Source: a virus
Taxonomy: Duplodnaviria; Caudoviricetes
Virus record (IMG/VR): IMGVR_UViG_3300049732_000020
Coordinates: 1-29,971 of that record
DNA length: 29,971 nt
Strand: one strand, 5' to 3'
A program made the position numbers and the translations under genes. The first letter of the stretch is position 1, and every line of letters starts with the position of its first letter. The notes beneath the pieces are model-generated. The model did not search any database, was not told where the DNA came from, and worked only from the letters and a program-made list of their open reading frames with translations. Below, piece after piece: positions 23,566 to 29,971 of the stretch.

Positions 23566-24930
23566 GTGCGTACTCTTCTCATTCGTCTCTCACTGGTGGT
23601 GGCCGTTGTGGCGGTCTGCGCGTGGCCGGTTCAGGCGCAGCGGTCAAACGAACGGCGCGGGGAACTGGACACGGCGGCCGAGTGCGTGTCGATCGACGTC
23701 TCCGGTTTGGGCAGTGCGGTGGCGGACGTCACGGGGACGTGGGCCGGCACGTTGTCCTTCTACGTCGAAGGTGGCGGCGGCACGCGCAACGCGGTGGACG
23801 TCGCGAAGGCCGATACGCCCTCGACGTTCGTGAACACCACAACGGCCAATGGGGAATGGAAAGCCGACGTGGCGGGCTACAAGGCCTTCGTCGTCTGCAT
23901 GACCTCGTTTACCAGCGGCACCGCGCGGGTCGATCTCACGGCGGCCGGCACGGGTGGCGGCAGCGGAGGCGGTGGCGGAGGCGGCGGCGAAGTCACCAAC
24001 GCAGGCACGTTCGCGACGCAGGAGAGCGGGACGCTGCTCACCGAGGTGCAGAGCATCTCGCACGCAGAAGACTCTGCGCATTCCTCTGGGCATGTGGGTG
24101 TGCAGGTTCTCGCCGTGCGGCAGGACTCACAGGTGGACTTCGCGGCTGATGGCGATTACGTGCCGCTGTCGATCAACGACGCCGGGGAACTGCGGGTCGC
24201 GTTCGCAGGGGCGGCGGGCGGCACGTCACTGGCTGACGATGCGGACTTCTCAGCCGGGACGACGCCATTTACCCCGGTCGGCGGGTTCTACCAGTCGTCC
24301 GTCACGGCCTGCACGGACGGCGACACCTGCGCGGTCGGCATCACGGCGCAGCGCGCGATCAAGGCCACGCTCTACTCGGAAGCCGGCGCGGCGTTGACGC
24401 CCGCGACGGATGCCACCGAGGACAGCGCCGCGCCAGAAACCGGCCCACTGATTCAGGCTGAATTCGATGACGCCAGCACGAACACGGTGGACGAAGACGA
24501 CGCCGGCAAGCTCCGGATTGATGCCAATCGAATCCTGTATACACGCCAGATCGATCCGTGTTCGGGGAGTGGGACCAAGCTCTATCTGCCGTTTGACATC
24601 ACGACGGCGACGACGACGGAAATCACGCCCTCGCTCGCTGGATCCTCGACGCATTACTACATCTGCGCGCTCAACATCGTGACGCAGGCGGCGAACTCGG
24701 TGAACCTCGTTGATGACAACTCCGACAACTGCGATTCGGTGACGGCCAGCCTGATCAGCAGCGGCCTGGCGGCGACGGATGGCTGGTACTTCGCGGCCAA
24801 CGGCGGTATCACCATCGGGAATGGGGCCGGGTCGATCATGCGAACGCAGACCTCGAATTCCGTGCTGTGCCTGGTCACCAGCGCAGCCACCGAGCTGCAC
24901 GGGCAGTTCGTCGTGGTGGCGGCACCGTAA
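23566..24930 (+). CDS. Tail-fibre-like protein with a Sec signal peptide (alternative starts 23545/23551)
   Basis: GGAGGG SD then GTG; MRTLLIRLSLVVAVVAVCAWPVQA|Q; beta domain, poly-Gly linker, three degenerate xEDSA...DG..L.I repeats, C-terminal jelly-roll-like domain; 8 Cys in the mature part. Confidence 0.75.
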   Translation: MRTLLIRLSLVVAVVAVCAWPVQAQRSNERRGELDTAAECVSIDVSGLGSAVADVTGTWAGTLSFYVEGGGGTRNAVDVAKADTPSTFVNTTTANGEWKADVAGYKAFVVCMTSFTSGTARVDLTAAGTGGGSGGGGGGGGEVTNAGTFATQESGTLLTEVQSISHAEDSAHSSGHVGVQVLAVRQDSQVDFAADGDYVPLSINDAGELRVAFAGAAGGTSLADDADFSAGTTPFTPVGGFYQSSVTACTDGDTCAVGITAQRAIKATLYSEAGAALTPATDATEDSAAPETGPLIQAEFDDASTNTVDEDDAGKLRIDANRILYTRQIDPCSGSGTKLYLPFDITTATTTEITPSLAGSSTHYYICALNIVTQAANSVNLVDDNSDNCDSVTASLISSGLAATDGWYFAANGGITIGNGAGSIMRTQTSNSVLCLVTSAATELHGQFVVVAAP

Positions 24931-25670
24931 TGCGGCGCCTGCTCGTTCTGATCGGTGCGCTCGCGTGCCTCTGGGCGCAGCCTGCCGTCGCGGCCGTCGC
25001 GCATGATGGCGAGGCGGCGGTCACTGGCGCCAATGGCGGGGCGACAACCACGATCACGCTGTCCGCGAAGACGACGGCCGGGTCCGATCGCTTGGGCGTG
25101 CTGCGCTGCACGTTCCAGGTGCCGGGCAATCTCGTGGGCAATGCCGCGACGTGGAACGGGGTCACGATGGGTGCGCCACGGGTGACCGTCGATAACGCCG
25201 ATGGCAGGGGCGTCAGGATTTGGGCCATTGTCAACCCGCCCACGACTGCCTCTGATGTCGTGGTCGATGCGAACTCAGGCGGCGGCACGGGCTACATCTG
25301 CACGGCGACCAGCTACAACGGCGTCGATCAGACGACGCCTGTGTCCGCTACCAATACGGCCAGCGGCACGGCGACCACGGCCACCGTGGACTGCACGGCG
25401 GGCTCGTCGGACACCATGATCGTGGACTCGCTGTACTACACCGGGTCCGGCACATCGCCGAGCGTCGGCGCGAACCAGACGCAGGAAGCCAACACGGATC
25501 AGGGCTCGTGGTTCTCGGCGTTCAGTCGGCAGGACGGCGCGGACGGGGACACGATGTCATGGACTGTGGCGCCAACGCCGGTCTGGTCGATCGGGTGCGC
25601 GACTCTGGCTCCGGTGTCGGGCGGTGCTGCCGTAACGCCCAGAGGGACGCTCCTGGGGGTGCTCCCGTGA
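24930..25670 (+). CDS. Secreted beta-rich virion-like protein
   Basis: MRRLLVLIGALACLWAQPAVA|A; T/G/A-rich; 4 mature Cys; ends TPRGTLLGVLP. Confidence 0.75.
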   Translation: MRRLLVLIGALACLWAQPAVAAVAHDGEAAVTGANGGATTTITLSAKTTAGSDRLGVLRCTFQVPGNLVGNAATWNGVTMGAPRVTVDNADGRGVRIWAIVNPPTTASDVVVDANSGGGTGYICTATSYNGVDQTTPVSATNTASGTATTATVDCTAGSSDTMIVDSLYYTGSGTSPSVGANQTQEANTDQGSWFSAFSRQDGADGDTMSWTVAPTPVWSIGCATLAPVSGGAAVTPRGTLLGVLP

Positions 25671-27217
25671 GACTTCGACTCCTGCTCGCGGTCCTCGTCT
25701 GCCTGTGGGCCAGTTCGGTTGATGCGGCGAATCTCTGCGTCAAGACGGGTGGCAATGACGGGACGGCGAAAGCGTCAATCAGCTATTCCGCGGGCAATGA
25801 GGCCGGGTCAACGTGCTGGGCGACGATTGGCCGGGCGATGTGGGGCAACGCGGATCGCTCGACGCCGAGTAGTTCTCAAGCCGCAGACGCGGGCGATACG
25901 GTCTACGTCTTCGGGGGGACCTACCAATACTCAGGGAACTGCTCACCCTCGACGGGCAACTGTCGCCTGATCCCACTCTACGACCCGACGAACACCGGAA
26001 TGATGGGCAGTCCCATCACGGTGACGAGCGTGGGTACCGTCGTGGTAGCCGCGCAGAACTGGAACGGGCCAGCGGTCGGCGCGAACACCAAGAACTACAT
26101 CAAGTGGTACGCGGACATCTCGCTGGGCTACAAGTTCACGATGACGGCGTACTCGTCGAATGACGACAACGCCGGGGCAAACGAGGTCGATGTCACGCCT
26201 GACACCGGGCCGCTCGTGTACGTCGGCTGCACCGGCTGCGAGGCTGAGGGATTCGAGATCAACGGCGGCGCTGAAAACGACTGGGGCGACAACTACCCAG
26301 GCATCCGACTCGAAGGCTGCGACAGTTGCGTGGCTCGGAATAATTACCTCTATAACTTCATGTCAGATGCCACGCACTCGTATGGCATCAACACCTACGA
26401 CGGCGACAACATCCTAATCGAACACAACCGGATCGACAGCGTCGATGCGTGCATCGCCCCGAAGGACAACGGGCCCGACACCACGTCGATCGTGTTCCGG
26501 TTCAACTACTGCACGAACGCCAGGGTGGCGCTCGTGTGGTCAATCTCCACGATCACGTCGATGCAGGTCTATCAGAACGTGGTGTCGGGCCTCCTGTCAT
26601 GGCCAGGGGCCTCATCGTTCATCCACGTGACAGGCGCGGACTTGAACGACACGGACATCTTCAACAATGTGTTCTACAACGGGTCCGGTGGCACGACCTG
26701 TATCTGGAACGGCGGGTACGACACATCGAGATTCTGGAACAACATCTGCCACACCGCGCCGCGCATGATCTCTCACGACAGTGGAGCCACAGGACCGACC
26801 GCCGCCGATCTCGATCTCGAGCACAACGTGCTCTACAACGCGACCACGGTGTTCTACACCGGAGGGGATGGGTCGAAGTCGTTCGCCGATTGGAAGACGG
26901 CCTACGCGAATCAATGCGAAGCGTCCCCGGCGTGCGTGACCACCGATCCACGCTTTGCGAATCCTGCGGGCAGCGATTTCCGGCTCTGCACCGCAGCAGG
27001 AGTACCACACGCGTCGTGTGTGGGCGCGTCGCCAGCCATCGGCCTGGGCGTCGATGCGCTCGACCTCGACGGTGACGCGAGCACCGTAGACACCATCGAC
27101 GCGGGCGTGTGCGTGACTGGCACCGAGATCATCGGCCTGACCACGGGCGGCATGTCCTGCGCGACCGGATCGGGTGTGGGGACGCCGCGCCGGTTCCGCT
27201 TCAAGGTAGCCGAGTGA
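25667..27217 (+). CDS. Secreted right-handed parallel beta-helix protein (pectate-lyase-like/depolymerase)
   Basis: MRLRLLLAVLVCLWASSVDA|A; AGDTVYVFGGTY, IEHNRI/IFNNVFYN/FWNNI Asn ladders, DPRFANPAGSDFRL...SPAI; 18 mature Cys. Confidence 0.85.
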   Translation: MRLRLLLAVLVCLWASSVDAANLCVKTGGNDGTAKASISYSAGNEAGSTCWATIGRAMWGNADRSTPSSSQAADAGDTVYVFGGTYQYSGNCSPSTGNCRLIPLYDPTNTGMMGSPITVTSVGTVVVAAQNWNGPAVGANTKNYIKWYADISLGYKFTMTAYSSNDDNAGANEVDVTPDTGPLVYVGCTGCEAEGFEINGGAENDWGDNYPGIRLEGCDSCVARNNYLYNFMSDATHSYGINTYDGDNILIEHNRIDSVDACIAPKDNGPDTTSIVFRFNYCTNARVALVWSISTITSMQVYQNVVSGLLSWPGASSFIHVTGADLNDTDIFNNVFYNGSGGTTCIWNGGYDTSRFWNNICHTAPRMISHDSGATGPTAADLDLEHNVLYNATTVFYTGGDGSKSFADWKTAYANQCEASPACVTTDPRFANPAGSDFRLCTAAGVPHASCVGASPAIGLGVDALDLDGDASTVDTIDAGVCVTGTEIIGLTTGGMSCATGSGVGTPRRFRFKVAE

Positions 27218-27218
27218 A

Positions 27219-27548
27219 ATGTCTATGCGTACGAATCGGGTCCTGATCCTCGCGGCAGTCGTGGCGGCGGTGCTGTGCAGCGCGCAAGCGTCAGCCCCGC
27301 CCGTGCTCGATGAGCTCGCGCAGGAATACATCAACGGAGTGGCGCTGGCGAGTCAGACCGAACAGTTCGCGCTCGACGTGCTGAAGCAGACCGAGGCGTA
27401 CAAGAAATACGACGCGGCAAAGAAGACGCGCGAACAACTGCAGGCCGACAGGCTCGCGCGGATCGAGAAGAAGTATCCCGGCTACACGGTGGATTGGGCG
27501 AGGCGGCTCCTCGTCCCAAAACCGCCGCAGGCCGCCAGGAAGGAGTAA
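27219..27548 (+). CDS. Secreted small helical protein
   Basis: MRTNRVLILAAVVAAVLCSAQA|SA signal peptide; coiled coil. Confidence 0.7.
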   Translation: MSMRTNRVLILAAVVAAVLCSAQASAPPVLDELAQEYINGVALASQTEQFALDVLKQTEAYKKYDAAKKTREQLQADRLARIEKKYPGYTVDWARRLLVPKPPQAARKE

Positions 27549-27550
27549 CG

Positions 27551-27943
27551 ATGCGAGGACTGCTGACTGCACTGCTGTTGCTGATCGCCGCGCCGGCGTT
27601 GGCGCAGACCAACCCGGTTCAGGTGGGCCGGCCGTTCAGTGTGAGCTTCGACCACGACGGACAGAGCGTGACCGGCTTTCAGTGCGTGCTGGACGGGAAG
27701 CCGTTCGGGACGCCTCTGTCGAGCGCAAGCCGTTCGTGTGCGTTCTCGTCTGGACTGTCGGAAGGCACGCACACGATCGCGGTGGAAGCGGTCAATGCCT
27801 TCGGTCGGACGTCGAGCGCGGGCCTGACGGCCACGGCGGGATCGCCGCCGGCGCCACCGACGAACCTGCAGATTCAGATGACGGTCGCGGTCAAGGCGGA
27901 TGGTACGGTGGAGCTCGTCGCGTTCAACGTCGAGAAGCAGTAA
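27551..27943 (+). CDS. Secreted FN3/Ig-like protein
   Basis: AAGGAG SD; MRGLLTALLLLIAAPALA|Q; GLSEGTHTIAVEAVNAFGRTS, PPAPPTNLQI; 2 Cys. Confidence 0.8.
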   Translation: MRGLLTALLLLIAAPALAQTNPVQVGRPFSVSFDHDGQSVTGFQCVLDGKPFGTPLSSASRSCAFSSGLSEGTHTIAVEAVNAFGRTSSAGLTATAGSPPAPPTNLQIQMTVAVKADGTVELVAFNVEKQ

Positions 27944-27944
27944 A

Positions 27945-28029
27945 CCCCTAGCGGACTGACCGAGGGATGACAGCCCCTCGGCCAGCCCTGAGCACGACCC
28001 GCAGGTAAGGAGCCTGCAGGCCATGCCTG
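27945..28029 (-). ncRNA. SymR/ptaRNA1-like cis-antisense RNA (copy 2)
   Basis: Minus strand: TAGGAT -10 (28040-28035); 14-bp hairpin with CUCCUUA anti-SD loop (27992-28026); 15-bp hairpin (27953-27988). Six G-U pairs form only on the minus strand. Ends approximate. Confidence 0.62.
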
Positions 28030-28064
28030 AGTCGATCCTAAACGAGGTGGCGTATGGCCGGTGA
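28023..28064 (+). CDS. 13-aa leader peptide MPESILNEVAYGR
   Basis: TAAGGAG SD (28006-28012); overlaps the start of the holin-like gene. Confidence 0.45.
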   Translation: MPESILNEVAYGR

Positions 28065-28263
28065 GGGCCTGAACGGCAAGACCGGCGAGTACGTGCGATG
28101 GGTGCTGGCGCTCGCGCTGGCCGGACTCGTCTCCTATTTCACGTCTATCGGTGCGGTGCAGACCCGCGTCGCGATCGCGGAATCCAAGATCGAGCAGATC
28201 CGCGAAGACCTCAAGGAAATCAAGGCGGACGTCAAGCTGCTGCTGCAGGCGGTGAATCGGTGA
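28054..28263 (+). CDS. Holin/antiholin-like membrane protein (1 TM plus coiled coil)
   Basis: WVLALALAGLVSYFTSIGAV followed by heptads; first gene of the lysis region. Confidence 0.6.
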   Translation: MAGEGLNGKTGEYVRWVLALALAGLVSYFTSIGAVQTRVAIAESKIEQIREDLKEIKADVKLLLQAVNR

Positions 28264-28541
28264 ACTCCTACGTCGAAGCGTTCTACGCCGTCGAGTCGAT
28301 GACGGCCGCCGAGCGCGACGTGGCGCTGATGGAGGTCGAGAAGCGGCCGCTGCTGGCGAAGGTGGTTGGGTGGAAGTTGACCGAGCCGGACGCCTACGCC
28401 GAGATCCTGGCGCTGATTATGGCGCGCCACCCACCGCCACCGGAGAAGAAGCGCGGCGGCAATCAATACGGCCTGCTGAACAAGCGCAAGGCCACCTACG
28501 CGGAAACCAGGGATCGCGCAGCACGAGAGGCGGCGGCCTGA
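28260..28541 (+). CDS. Hypothetical protein
   Basis: GTGA and TGATG coupling; high GC3. Confidence 0.65.
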   Translation: MNSYVEAFYAVESMTAAERDVALMEVEKRPLLAKVVGWKLTEPDAYAEILALIMARHPPPPEKKRGGNQYGLLNKRKATYAETRDRAAREAAA

Positions 28542-28909
28542 TGTGGATCTGGTGTTCTGCAACCGGCGCACTCCTCGATGCGCAACGACAGAACAAGGCA
28601 TACGGCTACGCCGGACGTGGGTCGGGCGTGAACAACCCGGACCTGCAGCACGTCAAGGGCATCGGGCCGCTGCCGGAAGCGGTCTACGTGATCGCCCCGC
28701 CGCGCGACTCCGACGTGACCGGGGCGTACTCGCTTCCGCTGATTCCGCAGGTTGGGAGCGAACTGTACGGGCGCAGCTCGTTCGCGGTACATGGCGACTC
28801 GCACAGTCATCCCGGTGAGGCGTCACACGGGTGCATCGTGCTGACGCGGGCGCAGCGCGAAAAAATCTGGGCATCGGACGATCACGTGCTTCGCGTGGTT
28901 GCGATATGA
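28541..28909 (+). CDS. Tlde1/DUF2778 L,D-transpeptidase-family protein, probable endolysin
   Basis: GYAG.G...NNP...GPLP..Y...GRSSFAVHGDS..HPGEASHGCI (His...SxGC catalytic motif). Confidence 0.85.
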   Translation: MWIWCSATGALLDAQRQNKAYGYAGRGSGVNNPDLQHVKGIGPLPEAVYVIAPPRDSDVTGAYSLPLIPQVGSELYGRSSFAVHGDSHSHPGEASHGCIVLTRAQREKIWASDDHVLRVVAI

Positions 28910-28920
28910 GGAGACGAATC

Positions 28921-29103
28921 GTGTTCAAGGGTTATCGGTCGCATGTCGTGAACGGACTCACCGCAGTGATCGCGGTGCTCGCGTTGCCCGAGGTCAGCGG
29001 GTTGATTCCACCGGAGTACGTCAAGTTCGTCCCGGCCGTGCAGGGCGTCGTCGCGATCGTCATGCGGCAGATGACCACGACGCCGGTCGGGCAGAAGGAG
29101 TAA
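28921..29103 (+). CDS. Holin-like protein, 2 TM (alternative start 28906)
   Basis: GAGGAG SD then GTG; FKGYRS...two hydrophobic segments...MRQMTTTPV; directly after the lysin. Confidence 0.7.
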   Translation: MFKGYRSHVVNGLTAVIAVLALPEVSGLIPPEYVKFVPAVQGVVAIVMRQMTTTPVGQKE

Positions 29104-29107
29104 GTCT

Positions 29108-29752
29108 GTGGCCGATATTCAGCGGATCGATCTCCCGTGGGGCTACGTGCTGTTCGGCTCGCCGGGGCTGAACGAAGTCACCATCGTCAACACGCAGCCC
29201 GGCGATCCGCCGGGACTCCGCTTCGTCTCACCGGACGGCAACTGCGGTAAGTGGTCGTTTTGTGTCGGTGCGGATCCGGCGACGGCCGTCGAAGTCTGCA
29301 TCGTTCAGGGGAAGACCGACGAGCGCACCCGCGGTCGTGATGATCTCCGGTGGGGAGAAATCACCTTTCACGTCAAAGGCGAGCCACTGAACCCCGCCGA
29401 TCCCCGCGATGACGGCCAGCGCCCTGTCGGGCTCCTTCTGCACGATTACGTGTGGTGGAAGGGCATCAACGGGGACCAGCCGGTCAAGCCGTGGGTCACG
29501 TTGCCGCCGCCGAAGGTGCCGGTGCCAGTGCCGCCACCGACCGACCCGCCGCCCATCACTCCCGAGGAGCGCGCACAGCGGGTGGACGACGTATTGTGGG
29601 CTCGCGACGAATTCGCGCCGATGGAGCTCGACGAGGGCAAGGTGAACGCCTACCTGCAGGGGCGCTCATCGCTTCGTGAATTCCACGACGACAACGTGCA
29701 GCGGGCCGGCACGCACAATCCGGCGTTCCATCGGCCGGGAAGGCCGTACTGA
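29108..29752 (+). CDS. Hypothetical protein with a Pro-rich linker
   Basis: AAGGAG SD then GTG; 214 aa; high GC3. Confidence 0.7.
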   Translation: MADIQRIDLPWGYVLFGSPGLNEVTIVNTQPGDPPGLRFVSPDGNCGKWSFCVGADPATAVEVCIVQGKTDERTRGRDDLRWGEITFHVKGEPLNPADPRDDGQRPVGLLLHDYVWWKGINGDQPVKPWVTLPPPKVPVPVPPPTDPPPITPEERAQRVDDVLWARDEFAPMELDEGKVNAYLQGRSSLREFHDDNVQRAGTHNPAFHRPGRPY

Positions 29753-29790
29753 GTACGTCAACAGGCGTAGCGGGTACGCCAAAGGACGCA

Positions 29791-29971
29791 ATGGCGAAAC
29801 GACCTCGGGAAGTGCGTAACCTGGTTGTCGTCAGCGATCTTCATTGTGGGTGCCGTCTCGGACTGTGTCCGCCGAAGCCGTTTCGCCTGGACGATGGCGG
29901 GACGTACACGGCATCCGAGTTTCAGACGAAGGTCTGGGCGCTGTGGCGCGAGTTCTGGAGCACATGGGTCC
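29791..29971 (+). CDS. Calcineurin-like metallophosphoesterase, N-terminus; 3' end outside the window
   Basis: Not in the ORF track. AAGGA SD; MAKRPREVRNLVVVSDLHCG (DxH motif); frame open to the window end. Confidence 0.75.
   Translation, partial: MAKRPREVRNLVVVSDLHCGCRLGLCPPKPFRLDDGGTYTASEFQTKVWALWREFWSTWV

Noticed and set aside
23950-23990. GGCGGN repeat tract
   Set aside because: Encodes an ordinary poly-Gly linker.
29764-29780. GGCGTA-GCGGG-TACGCC hairpin
   Set aside because: Only a 6-bp stem with no U-tract; insufficient to call a terminator.

Overview
High-GC tailed phage or prophage segment with a P22-like podovirus morphogenesis operon, almost entirely on the + strand. Gene order: end of an N4C/N6A DNA methyltransferase; replication initiator (with internal iterons) and helicase-loader-like gene; HNH nuclease; small accessory genes including an RNA-ligase-like protein; Xis-like HTH; terS, terL, portal, scaffold, P22-type coat and decoration protein; a putative virion-modification cassette (Maf/DUF115-like transferase, PhyH-like dioxygenase); gp4-, gp10- and gp14-like tail proteins; ejection proteins; tail-fibre genes; five consecutive genes with Sec-type signal peptides; a lysis region (holin-like genes, Tlde1/DUF2778 L,D-transpeptidase-family protein); and the start of a metallophosphoesterase. 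Two things stand out. (1) Fibre/adhesin-like proteins in the tail-fibre locus carry signal peptides and even cysteine counts, suggesting exported, disulfide-bonded appendages. (2) Two SymR/ptaRNA1-like antisense RNA plus leader-peptide units sit in front of the replication initiator and the lysis cassette. All family calls come from recognising motifs by eye; no searches were run.
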